Assembly (NCBI GenBank): GCA_021784515.1
Contig: JAJXSP010000002.1
Location: forward strand, 1 to 35,989
From: Myxococcales bacterium
GTDB lineage: Bacteria; Myxococcota_A; Polyangia; Palsa-1104; SHYY01
Length of the DNA stretch: 35,989 nt
Direction of reading: 5' to 3'
Positions 1 through 7,830 of this stretch are shown here, piece after piece; position 1 is the first letter of the stretch; each line of letters starts with the position of its first letter. Made by a program: the position numbers and the translations under genes. The notes under the pieces were generated by a model. It saw only the letters and a list, made by a program, of their open reading frames with translations. It ran no database searches and had not been told where the DNA came from.

Positions 1-193
1 ATCTTGTCGCGCAGCTGGCCCATCAGGTCCTCCATGGGCGCCTTCAAGTGGCGCCTGGGGACTAGCGTGGCGCTACGGCGGCGGGCGCGCTCGTCGGACA
101 GCTGCCGCGAAGCGGCTTAGTTCAACAGGACGACGGGCGCCTGGCAGGGGCCGTGACGCTGCCGACGCCGATGTCGCCCGTTCGGGGGTCGAA

Positions 194-784
194 ATGGCCT
201 TGATGAAGCTACGCAGCTGGCGCCTGTTTCCCTATCTCATCGCCGCCGGGTCGGTGCTGATGGTGATCTTTTACGTGGCGCGTCCGGTGCTGGGGGCGCT
301 CGGCCGCCACTTCGCCGCCCGGCAAGTGCCCGTCGCCCGGCTGGCCGAAACCCAGCGGAAGATCGGTTCGCTCGACGAGAAGATCGCGGGCATCGAGCGC
401 GCCGCGCTCACGCACGACCCGAAGCTCCAGGCGGAGCGGGGGCAAGTGGCGGAGCTGCTCGGGCGGAGCATGGCCGAGCACGGGCACGATCCCCAGGCCA
501 TCACCGAACGCATCAAGACGATCGAGGGGCAGCTCGGCGACAAGACGCTCCCCGAGGCGAACAAGGGGAAGCTCCGCGCCGAGCTCGCGCGCGCGGCGGC
601 GGAGGCCGACGCGGCCCAGCAGGCCGCCCTGCGCGATCCGAAGGTCCGGCCGGCGTACCAGGCCCTGCAAAAGGATCTCATGCTGGCGATGAACAAACAG
701 GATCCGACGCTCCCACAGCTGCTCCGTGAGCGCGCGCAGGCCGAGCAGCAGCTCCGTGCCTTGTATCGCACGGCGGCCGGTTGA
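194..784 (+). CDS. hypothetical membrane-anchored coiled-coil protein
   Basis: 196-aa ATG ORF. N-terminal hydrophobic helix (LFPYLIAAGSVLMVIFYVARPVLGAL) followed by an A/E/Q/K/R-rich helical region. Strong G/C third-position bias in this frame. No family recognised. Confidence 0.55.
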   Translation: MALMKLRSWRLFPYLIAAGSVLMVIFYVARPVLGALGRHFAARQVPVARLAETQRKIGSLDEKIAGIERAALTHDPKLQAERGQVAELLGRSMAEHGHDPQAITERIKTIEGQLGDKTLPEANKGKLRAELARAAAEADAAQQAALRDPKVRPAYQALQKDLMLAMNKQDPTLPQLLRERAQAEQQLRALYRTAAG

Positions 785-1276
785 CGGGCGAATGATTGGG
801 GTGCGGTACGCGGTGACCACGACCAGCAGCCGGTCATCGTCGTCGGGTTGGACGACCATATGCCACGCTCGATCGCGATGGCAGCTCTCGATCACGAACC
901 GTCCGGCGGCCCGGGATGGCCGATAACCGCCCGCTCGCTCCAGCATGGGCGGCGAGCGGCCGGGACGGCGTCGCCCGGAGCGGGATCCGATGCGCGCGAG
1001 GTAACGGCGAGGCTCGGCGGTGCGAGCGTGAGGGTGACGAACACGGCGACCGTGCGCGCTCGAGCTTCGCATCGGCGAGCGGGTCGGGGATCCGCCGTTC
1101 GTTACCGCCGAACTGCGCGATGAGCTCGTCCCCAAGGTCCCTGACGTGAACGTCCCCCGCGCCCCATCATCCACAGGGCCTCGACCACAGGCGATCGGCC
1201 AGCACTCTCGGTTCTTGGTCCTGCGGGTGGCCCACGGCCCGTTCTCATCCGAGCGCGCGTTGTCTGTCAACTTTCC

Positions 1277-2425
1277 CTACTTGCCGGCGGGCGAGTAGCC
1301 GGTACGGGCGCTCTCGAGCGCGACCTCCAGCTCCTCGATCACTTTCGCGTCGGTTTCTCCGGTCGCGTGACGGGCGAGGATGGCGTTGGTGCGATCGGCG
1401 GCGGCGTGACGGCGCCCGATTTCGGCGATCGCCCAGACCACGTGTTCGCGGACGAGGGGAGACGGCTCGGCGAGGGCCCGCTCGAGGGCGTCGAGGGCGT
1501 CGGGCGCGCCGACGTTGCCGAGGGCGACCGCGACGTTCCGCAGCAGCTGGGCGCGGTGGATCCGGCGCAGCGCCGAGCGCCGCACCCACTTGCGGAAGCG
1601 CGCGGCGCGAAGGCCGAGCAGCTCGACCAGCGACGGGTAGACGCGCTCGGGGGCCGGCGCGAGGAGCGGCCCTGCGTCGGGCGCGGCGGCGTTGAACGGA
1701 CAGACCTCCTGGCAGCGGTCACAGCCGAAGATCCGGTCGCCGACGAGCGGGCGGAGCGCGCGTGGGATCGAGTCGCTCGACTCGATGGTGAGGTAGGAGA
1801 TGCAGCGGCGCGCGTCGAGCTGGAAGGCGCCGTCGAAGGCGCCCGTCGGGCAGGCGTCGAGGCAGGCGCGGCACTGCCCGCACTTCGGCGCCGACTCCGT
1901 CCCGGGCGCGCACTCCACGTCGGTCAAGAGCTCGCCGAGCATCAGGTACGAGCCGAGCCCGGGCGCGATGATCATCGTGTTCTTGCCGACGAAGCCGACG
2001 CCGCCGGCGCAGGCGGCCTCGCGCTCGAGCAGCGGCGCCGTGTCCACGCAGGCGCGCGCCGCGACGGGACGAGCGAGGCGCGCCGCCACCGCCTCCGCCA
2101 TCCGCGAAAGGCGCGGCTTCATCACCATGTGGTAGTCGGCGCCGCGCGCGTAGCGGGAGATCTCCCCGCGGGCGCCGTCGGGGCGCGGGGGATCGGGGTG
2201 CGCGTAGGAGAGCGCCACCGTCACGACGGTGCGCGCCTCGCCGAGGAGCGCGCGCGGATCGCGGCGCGCCTCGCAGTCGGTCGCGAGGTACTCCATCGCG
2301 CCGTGGCGCCCCGCCGCGAGCCACGCGCGGTACAGCTCGTGGCGCTCCCAGGGGCGCACCGCGGCGAAGCCGATGCGGTGGAACCCGGCGCGCCGAGCCT
2401 CGTCGGTGAAGAGGGCGGCGGACAG
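1277..2425 (-). CDS. queG: epoxyqueuosine reductase QueG (4Fe-4S dicluster plus C-terminal HEAT repeats)
   Basis: Motifs CGQCRACLDACPTGAF, CISYLTIE and FGCDRCQEVCPFN. C-terminal HEAT-like LRNVAVALGNVG...PLVREHVVWAIAEIG. The 522-aa track ORF runs into gpmA. The conserved N-terminus (LFTDEARRAGFHRIGFAAV) leaves no in-frame ATG/GTG/TTG between the gpmA stop and the domain, so the start is provisionally the CTG at 2425. Confidence 0.8.
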   Translation of the reverse strand: MSAALFTDEARRAGFHRIGFAAVRPWERHELYRAWLAAGRHGAMEYLATDCEARRDPRALLGEARTVVTVALSYAHPDPPRPDGARGEISRYARGADYHMVMKPRLSRMAEAVAARLARPVAARACVDTAPLLEREAACAGGVGFVGKNTMIIAPGLGSYLMLGELLTDVECAPGTESAPKCGQCRACLDACPTGAFDGAFQLDARRCISYLTIESSDSIPRALRPLVGDRIFGCDRCQEVCPFNAAAPDAGPLLAPAPERVYPSLVELLGLRAARFRKWVRRSALRRIHRAQLLRNVAVALGNVGAPDALDALERALAEPSPLVREHVVWAIAEIGRRHAAADRTNAILARHATGETDAKVIEELEVALESARTGYSPAGK

Positions 2426-2430
2426 GGGCC

Positions 2431-3180
2431 CTACTTCTTGACGTTCGCCTGCGCCGCCACCGCGCCGATCGCCTTCGCGATCTCCGCCGCGTCGCCCAGG
2501 TACTCGTGCTTCACCGGCGTGAGGTCGTCGCGCAGCTCGTACACCAGCGGGATCCCCGTCGGGATGTTCAGGCCGACGATCTCCTCGTCGGAGATGCCGT
2601 CGAGGTGCTTGACGAGCGCGCGCAGGCTGTTGCCGTGGGCGGCCACGATCACGCGCTCGCCGCCGCGGATCGCGGGCACGATCGCGCTCTGCCAGTAGGG
2701 CAGCACGCGCGCGATGGTGTCCTTCAGGCTCTCGGCGAGCGGCAGCTCCGACGGCGCGAGGCCGCGGTAGCGCGGGTCGCGGCCGGGGAAGCGCGGGTCG
2801 CCCGCCTCGAGCGCCGGCGGCGGCGTGTCGAAGCTGCGACGCCACAGCTTGACCTGCGCCTCACCGAACTTCGCCGCCGTCTCCGCCTTGTCGAGCCCCT
2901 GCAGCGTGCCGTAGTGGCGCTCGTTCAGCCGCCACGACTTCTCCTCGGGGATCCAGGCGAGGTCCATCGCGTCGAGCGTGATGTGCAGCGTGTGGATCGC
3001 GCGCTTGAGCACCGAGGTGAAGGCGCGGTCGAACACCCAGCCCCCGCGCGCCAGAGTCTCGCCGGCGCGGCGCGCCTCGTCGCGGCCACGCTCCGAGAGG
3101 TCGACGTCGGTCCAGCCGGTGAAGCGGTTCTCGCGGTTCCAGTCGCTCTCGCCGTGGCGGAGCAGGACGACCTTGTACAC
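2431..3180 (-). CDS. gpmA: 2,3-bisphosphoglycerate-dependent phosphoglycerate mutase
   Basis: [31 protein letters not shown] closely resembles E. coli GpmA ([20 protein letters not shown]), plus the [10 protein letters not shown] motif. GTG at 3180 is preceded by GGAGGTG at 5-nt spacing and gives 249 aa, which I prefer to the track start at 3213. Confidence 0.95.
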   Translation of the reverse strand: MYKVVLLRHGESDWNRENRFTGWTDVDLSERGRDEARRAGETLARGGWVFDRAFTSVLKRAIHTLHITLDAMDLAWIPEEKSWRLNERHYGTLQGLDKAETAAKFGEAQVKLWRRSFDTPPPALEAGDPRFPGRDPRYRGLAPSELPLAESLKDTIARVLPYWQSAIVPAIRGGERVIVAAHGNSLRALVKHLDGISDEEIVGLNIPTGIPLVYELRDDLTPVKHEYLGDAAEIAKAIGAVAAQANVKK

Positions 3181-3299
3181 GGGGGCACCTCCAGAGGGCC
3201 CGAAATCTAGCACCGGACGGCTTGGGGGCGGAGGTCGCTTCCCGTCTCCGTTCCGCGTCCCGCTCGCGCGGCCGTGCTAGCCTGTCGCCGGAGGAAACC

Positions 3300-3539
3300 G
3301 TGAACTACCAGGATCGAATCGTCCGCGACCGGGCCATCTGCGGCGGCGAAACCGTCCTTCGCGGGACGCGGGTCACGCTGCGGACCGTGCTCGCCAGCCT
3401 CGCCGAGGGCGCCACCGTTGACCAGATCCTGGCTGACTTCCCGACGCTGACGACGGATGACGTGCGCGCGGCAATCGCCTTCGCCGCCGCCTCGGCCGCC
3501 GAGGATCTGCCCACGCCCGAGGTCCCGCGCTTGCCATGA
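3300..3539 (+). CDS. DUF433-domain protein (antitoxin-like)
   Basis: VNYQDRIVRDRAICGGETVLRGTRVTLRTVLASLAEGATVDQILADFPTLTTDDVRAAIAFA matches the DUF433 pattern (G.P.i.GTRi.v..vl..l..G.s.eeIl..yP.Lt.edi.aal.ya). GTG at 3300 follows GGAGGAA. The upstream part of the track ORF (3222-3299) looks non-coding. Confidence 0.7.
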   Translation: MNYQDRIVRDRAICGGETVLRGTRVTLRTVLASLAEGATVDQILADFPTLTTDDVRAAIAFAAASAAEDLPTPEVPRLP

Positions 3540-3661
3540 AGGTGAAGCTGGACGAGAACCTGCCGGCCTCCCTGATCGAGGAGCTGGCAGCGCTGGGGCA
3601 TGACGTCGACTCGGTGGTCGCAACGGACCGCAAGCTTCGCATCCGCCGGCCGAAGACCTGA
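3536..3661 (+). pseudogene. truncated DUF5615 (Mut7-C/PIN-like toxin partner of DUF433), 41 codons only
   Basis: ATG overlaps the DUF433 stop (ATGA). It translates to MKVKLDENLPASLIEELAALGHDVDSVVATDRKLRIRRPKT*. The first ~27 aa fit the DUF5615 N-terminus (M..lLDENLP..L...L...GHdV); the sequence then diverges and stops at about one third of the usual length. Confidence 0.5.
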
Positions 3662-3797
3662 CACGCAGCGAAAAGGGGGAGCGCGCCGCTCCGGGCGGGC
3701 GTCTTGGCGGGCTTCGCCCGCGATGGGACCGATTGGAATCCGGGGTTGGCGGGCGCGCGTTGACATCGCCCCTCCCGTCGGTAACCTCACCGCGACG

Positions 3798-4985
3798 ATG
3801 TCCTCGCCCCTGCCGATCGCCCGCTCCCCGGTCGAGCCGCTCCTTCGCGGGGAGGTCCCCGACGCGCACTGGAACGATTGGCGCTGGCAGCTCCGCCGCC
3901 GCCTCACCTCGCTCGCCGACCTCGAGCGCCTCGTGCGCCTCACCGACGACGAGCGCGCCGGCATCGCCGCCGCGCCGGGCCTCTTCCGCATCGGCATCAC
4001 GCCCTACTACGCCTCGCTGATGGATCGCGATCACGCGTCCTGCCCGGTGCGGATGCAGGTGATCCCCGTCGCCGCCGAGGCGCGCGTCTCCGACGGCGAG
4101 CGCGTCGATCCGCTCGGCGAGGACGCGCTCTCTCCCGCGCCGGCGATCGTCCACCGCTACCCCGATCGCGTGCTGCTGCTCGCGCTCGATCGCTGCGCGG
4201 TCTACTGCCGGCACTGCAACCGCCGCCGCCTCGTCGGGCAGGACGACGGCGTGATCCCGAAGCAAGACCTCGAGCGCGCGATCGAGTACCTCCACCGCAC
4301 GCCCGCGGTGAAGGACGTGCTCATCTCGGGCGGCGACCCGCTGACGCTCTCGACGGAGAAGCTCGAGTGGCTCGTCTCGTCGGTGCGGGCGGTGCCGCAC
4401 GTGGAGATCATCCGCCTCGGCACCCGCGTGCCGGTGGCGCTGCCGATGCGCATCGACGACCAGCTCTGCGCGATGCTCCGCCGCTACCACCCGCTCTACG
4501 TCAACACGCACTTCAACCACCCGAAGGAGGTCACGCCCGAGGCGCGCGCTGCCTGCGAGCGGCTGGTCGACGCCGGCATCCCGATGGGCAACCAGTCGGT
4601 GCTCCTGCGCGGCGTGAACTCGAGCGCGCGGATCCTCGAGGAGCTGTTCCGCGCGCTCCTCCGCGTGCGCGTGCGGCCCTACTACCTGTTCCAGGGCGAC
4701 CCGGCGCAAGGCACCGATCACCTGCGCACGCCCGTCGGTGCGGGCGTCGAGATCATGGAGCAGCTGCAGGGGCGCGTGACGGGAATGGCGCTGCCGCGGC
4801 TGGTGATCGACGCGCCGGGCGGCGGCGGCAAGCTCCCGATCGGTCCCAACTACGTGCTCGCGTGGGGCGTCGACCGGCTCAAGCTGCGCAACTACGAGGG
4901 GCGCGTGGTCGAGTACCCCGAGCCGGCGGAGCGCGACTGCGCCTGCCCGTACGACGCCGTCTGGCTCGGCGATGACCGACGATAG
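3798..4985 (+). CDS. kamA: lysine 2,3-aminomutase (radical SAM, KamA family)
   Basis: Collinear with B. subtilis KamA as I remember it: WNDWRWQL, ITPYYASLMD, CPVRMQVIP, HRYPDRVLLL, radical-SAM CAVYCRHCNRRR, ISGGDPL, IIRLGTRVPV, VNTHFNHP, GNQSVLLRGVN, RPYYLFQGD, VIDAPGGGGK. ATG at 3798 (MSSPLPIA) chosen; the track start at 3600 adds an Arg-rich non-coding-like leader. Confidence 0.9.
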   Translation: MSSPLPIARSPVEPLLRGEVPDAHWNDWRWQLRRRLTSLADLERLVRLTDDERAGIAAAPGLFRIGITPYYASLMDRDHASCPVRMQVIPVAAEARVSDGERVDPLGEDALSPAPAIVHRYPDRVLLLALDRCAVYCRHCNRRRLVGQDDGVIPKQDLERAIEYLHRTPAVKDVLISGGDPLTLSTEKLEWLVSSVRAVPHVEIIRLGTRVPVALPMRIDDQLCAMLRRYHPLYVNTHFNHPKEVTPEARAACERLVDAGIPMGNQSVLLRGVNSSARILEELFRALLRVRVRPYYLFQGDPAQGTDHLRTPVGAGVEIMEQLQGRVTGMALPRLVIDAPGGGGKLPIGPNYVLAWGVDRLKLRNYEGRVVEYPEPAERDCACPYDAVWLGDDRR

Positions 4986-6114
4986 CGCCCGCCTCGCGCT
5001 GCGCGAGCGGCTGGCCGCGGCGGGGATCGCGGCGCCGTCGAGGGCCGAGGCGGTGGTGATCGACCTCGCCGGCGACCCTCCGCTGGGCGCGAGCGAACGA
5101 ACGATCGCCGAAGAGGAGGCCGATCGGATCGTCGCCGCCCTCGGCGCCGCGATGGTGGCGGCGCGAGCGAAGCAGGGAGTGATCGCGGTGCGCGATCGCG
5201 AAGCCGAAACGGCGCTATCGCGTTCCCTCGCGCTTCGAAAAGACGAGGGACATTCCTTCGTCTCTTCGCCCCGCCCATCCCACGCGCGCTCGACAACCCC
5301 GCAGCGAAGAAACGAAGGTGTGTCCCCCCAGACGGTCGAGATGGTCGCAACACCCGAGCCGCCCGAAGCGTCGCGCGTCGTGCGTGTCCCCGCCGTGTGG
5401 CCCTCCGTCGGCATCGATCGCGACCTCGGCATCGACGGCGCATGGGTCCTCGACGGCGAGCGCGCGCTCGACCTCGACGCCGCCGCGTTCCATCGCGAGC
5501 GCGCCCCGCGGCGCCTCACCGTCACCGGCGCGGTCCGTCGACCCGGCGTCCTGCGCGGCCGCTTCACCGTCGAGGAAGCGCTCGCCGCGGCGGGAGGCAC
5601 CGACGAACTCGCCTGGGCGGCGCTCGACGGCGGGCTCCTCGGTGGCCGCCTCGCCGATCCCGAGGCGCCGGTGCGCTCGTCGCTGCTGGTGGTGCTGCCG
5701 GCGGCGCACCCGCACGTCGCGCGCGCCCGCGTGTCGCTCACGGACTGGCTGCGCCGCGCCTCCTCGGCCTGCGAGGGGTGCCGCCTGTGCAGCGACGCCT
5801 GCCCCGTCGCCCTCGACGGCGTCGGCCTCCTGCCGCACGAGGTGATCTGGACGCTGGTTTCGCGGAGGGACGACGCCACGCGCCTCGCCGCGGCCGCGGC
5901 GTGCGCGGGCTGCGGCGTGTGCGACAGCGCCTGCCCGTCGTCACTGTCGCCGTGGGCGCTCGTCGACGCGGTGAAGGCGCGGCTGCCCACCGACGTGACG
6001 CGCCCGGCGCGCGGCGACGTCCACCCCGAGCGCGAAGGGCGTCGCATGGGCGTCGATCTGCTGCTGCTCAGGCTGGGCGGCGAGCAGGCCTGGCGAATCC
6101 CCTTCCGCTCGTAG
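4972..6114 (+). CDS. RnfC/PduS-like protein with SLBB-type beta-grasp and two 4Fe-4S ferredoxin motifs; carries in-frame repeat-A copy 1
   Basis: Start overlaps the kamA 3' end by 14 nt. RLTVTGAVRRPGVLRGRFTVEEALAAAGG resembles an SLBB domain. Two canonical CxxCxxCxxxCP motifs (CEGCRLCSDACP, CAGCGVCDSACP). The N-terminal region is interrupted by the repeat-derived peptide [33 protein letters not shown]. Confidence 0.5.
   Translation: MTDDSARLALRERLAAAGIAAPSRAEAVVIDLAGDPPLGASERTIAEEEADRIVAALGAAMVAARAKQGVIAVRDREAETALSRSLALRKDEGHSFVSSPRPSHARSTTPQRRNEGVSPQTVEMVATPEPPEASRVVRVPAVWPSVGIDRDLGIDGAWVLDGERALDLDAAAFHRERAPRRLTVTGAVRRPGVLRGRFTVEEALAAAGGTDELAWAALDGGLLGGRLADPEAPVRSSLLVVLPAAHPHVARARVSLTDWLRRASSACEGCRLCSDACPVALDGVGLLPHEVIWTLVSRRDDATRLAAAAACAGCGVCDSACPSSLSPWALVDAVKARLPTDVTRPARGDVHPEREGRRMGVDLLLLRLGGEQAWRIPFRS
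5237..5344 (+). repeat. repeat-A copy 1: palindromic ~100-nt element, in-frame within CDS 4972..6114
   Basis: Left arm GAGGGACATTCCTTCGTCTCTTCG (5245-5268) pairs with right arm CGAAGAAACGAAGGTGTGTCCCCC (5305-5328) at 20 Watson-Crick plus 1 G-T of 24 positions. The centre is 36 nt. No TAA/TAG/TGA in any sense frame. Same architecture as the copies at 11671-11784 and 31211-31317. Confidence 0.85.
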
Positions 6115-6133
6115 GCGCACCGAGGAGACCGTG

Positions 6134-7021
6134 ATGTCGATCGCCGCCCTGCCCCGCCTCGCCAACGCCGCGCCCCGCTGGCCGCGCGCCGCGATGATCG
6201 CCGCCGTCGACCAATCGCCCGCCTGCGTCCTGGCGCAGGACAAGGCGGGCTGGCTGGCCCTCTTCGCCGACGGCGGCGTCACCGAGGATCCCGTCGGCAC
6301 CGCGCCCAATCGAAAGGGCGCCCATCTTGCCCGCGGCGGCGAGGACGACCTCGGCCGCTTCTACGACACCTTCATTGCCGGCAACGAGATCCGATTTTCG
6401 GTGCTCGAGGACCTCGTCGCCGGCGACGAGGTGGTGCGCGACGTGGTGATCCACACCCGCCTCTCAACCGGACTGTCGGTCGACGTTCCGGCCCATTTGA
6501 TTTACCGGTTGGTCGAGGAGCGGGGCGCGCTCAAGCTCCTTCTCCTGCGCGCCATCTGGGATCTGCGGCAGCGCTCGGCGAGTGCAATCGGCGCGGGCTG
6601 GAAAGGGCTGGTCTCCCTCACCGCGGTGAGTGGACGAATGTTCGCGGTGCAGGGCATTCGTGGCCTTGTCGGCTATTCGCGCGGGCTGGTGAGCGGCATC
6701 TTCGGCCGCGGGCCTGCGGCGGTGTCGCGGTTCGCCGAGGCATTGAATCGCCGCGACGCGGCGGACCTCGAGGCGCTCTGCGCCGACGGTGCCGCGATCG
6801 AGCTTCCCGCCGGCCGCCCGGTCACTCCGCGCGCGCTCTGCGAGGAGCTGGGCCTCGGCGTCCGATTGACCACCAGCGCCGCGACGCCGGCGGGCTTCCT
6901 CACCAGCGTCCGCTTCGCGCTGACCGACGGGGGCGCGAATCCCGTCGCGGGAATCGCCCTGTTCGAATTCGACCCCGCTTCGAAGACGATCCGGTCGGCG
7001 CGCTTCTACGTCGCCGGGTGA
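6134..7021 (+). CDS. NTF2/SnoaL-like fold protein (tandem), function unknown
   Basis: 295-aa ORF after GAGGAG (6122-6127). ATG 6134 preferred to GTG 6131. CVLAQDKAGWLALFADGGVTEDPVG...FYDTFIAGNEIRFSVLEDLVAGDEVVRDVVIH resembles ketosteroid-isomerase/SnoaL-like proteins, and a second similar half follows (FAEALNRRDAADLEALCADGAAIE...). The assignment is pattern-level only. Confidence 0.45.
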   Translation: MSIAALPRLANAAPRWPRAAMIAAVDQSPACVLAQDKAGWLALFADGGVTEDPVGTAPNRKGAHLARGGEDDLGRFYDTFIAGNEIRFSVLEDLVAGDEVVRDVVIHTRLSTGLSVDVPAHLIYRLVEERGALKLLLLRAIWDLRQRSASAIGAGWKGLVSLTAVSGRMFAVQGIRGLVGYSRGLVSGIFGRGPAAVSRFAEALNRRDAADLEALCADGAAIELPAGRPVTPRALCEELGLGVRLTTSAATPAGFLTSVRFALTDGGANPVAGIALFEFDPASKTIRSARFYVAG

Positions 7022-7030
7022 GACGAAGCC

Positions 7031-7825
7031 TCAATACAGGTACGGCACCAGCGCCTTGCGCTCCCTGGGATAATCGGGGAAGCGCTCGCGATACCAGCGG
7101 TGGGTCGAGACGGCGCGCGGCAGGAGGTTGGCGGCGCTGACCGTCAAAATGAACACCCCGCCCATCGACCACGAGGCCAGGGCGAATCCGGTCCAGGCGG
7201 AAAGCTCGGTGAGGTAGGTCGGCGACGTCACCCAGCGGAACAGTCCGCCGACGGGGATTCGATAAATCCTGGTCCCCGCCGCCACCTCCTCCCGGGTGCG
7301 CAGGTTGCGGACGATCGCCTCGCAGTGGAGGTTGAGCGCATAGGAAATGGCCCACAGCGGAAAGCCGATCAGGAAGCGCGGGTCGGTGAGCCACGCCGTG
7401 GTGTACTGGCTGCCAAAATGGGAGAAATAGCTGCCATTGAGATAGCCGTGCAGCGCGGTGACGACCACGCCGATGCCCATCACCATGGCGCTGAAATTGG
7501 CCTGCGCCCCGCGCGGCGAGCGGATTGAAAGGGGGAAAAAGAATGCCCGGTTGGCGTAGTGGACGCACCAGAGTCCAAGGAAGATCAGCGGCACCGGCGA
7601 AAAGCGGTGCGGGCCCTGGAAATAGAAATAGAGGAAGGTCAAAGGAGAGCCCAGCTCCATGAGGAACCAGCCGAGGCGCGGGGCGAGGGTGAAGCCGAAC
7701 CGGTTGGAGCCGAACCGGCCGTAGGGCGAGGGGACGAAGGGCGCGGTCACCGCGACGATCGCCACCAGCGCGAGCGCAATCGTGAGGACGGTGTCGTAGG
7801 TGGTGTTGCCGGTGTACCAGTGCAT
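7031..7825 (-). CDS. 3-oxo-5-alpha-steroid 4-dehydrogenase (steroid 5-alpha-reductase) family membrane protein
   Basis: C-terminus IPVGGLFRWVTSPTYLTELSAWTGFALASWSMGG...HRWYRERFPDYPRERKALVPYLY parallels human SRD5A1 (GGLFEYVTAANYFGEIMEWCGYALASWS...HEWYLRKFEEYPKFRKIIIPFLF, from memory). Multi-pass hydrophobic protein. ATG at 7825 (MHWYTGNT) chosen; the upstream 124 codons of the track ORF are Arg-rich and overlap the NUDIX gene. Confidence 0.85.
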   Translation of the reverse strand: MHWYTGNTTYDTVLTIALALVAIVAVTAPFVPSPYGRFGSNRFGFTLAPRLGWFLMELGSPLTFLYFYFQGPHRFSPVPLIFLGLWCVHYANRAFFFPLSIRSPRGAQANFSAMVMGIGVVVTALHGYLNGSYFSHFGSQYTTAWLTDPRFLIGFPLWAISYALNLHCEAIVRNLRTREEVAAGTRIYRIPVGGLFRWVTSPTYLTELSAWTGFALASWSMGGVFILTVSAANLLPRAVSTHRWYRERFPDYPRERKALVPYLY

Positions 7826-7830
7826 TCGGG

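Noticed and set aside
1-36. Possible 5' end of a minus-strand gene leaving the window (ATG at 36..34, MEDLMGQLRDKI..., preceded by GAAGG).
   Set aside because: Only 12 codons are visible, which is insufficient to distinguish it from chance.
209-1270. 353-aa minus-strand ORF covering the 785-1276 gap and the antisense of ORF 194..784. It includes a segment (GRFVIESCHRDRAWHMVVQPDDDDRLLVVVTAYRTPI) faintly reminiscent of small toxin C-termini ending in ..VVTAY.
   Set aside because: The rest is Arg/Ser/Gly-rich and the frame never terminates near the motif. It overlaps a better-looking plus-strand gene. The resemblance is too short to support a call. The 785-1276 gap may hold a decayed gene, but I cannot demonstrate one.
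4973-4987. TGACCGACGATAGCG at the start of ORF 4972 resembles the repeat-B right flank (TGACCGACGAGCAACG).
   Set aside because: Only about 10 contiguous matching nt, and no left flank or hairpin. Most likely chance.
3207-6047. 946-aa ORF on the minus strand across kamA and the Fe-S gene. Similar long antisense ORFs occur elsewhere (1367..2698 +, 8105..9403 +, 12956..14467 +, 14326..16110 +, 16130..18316 +, 19213..20568 +, 22404..24119 -, 25595..28249 -, 29207..31321 +, 33664..35367 -).
   Set aside because: These are Arg/Ala/Gly/Pro/Asp-rich low-complexity translations with no recognisable motifs. Each lies exactly antisense to a gene with strong family signatures. They are typical shadow ORFs of a high-GC genome, where stop codons are rare in all frames.
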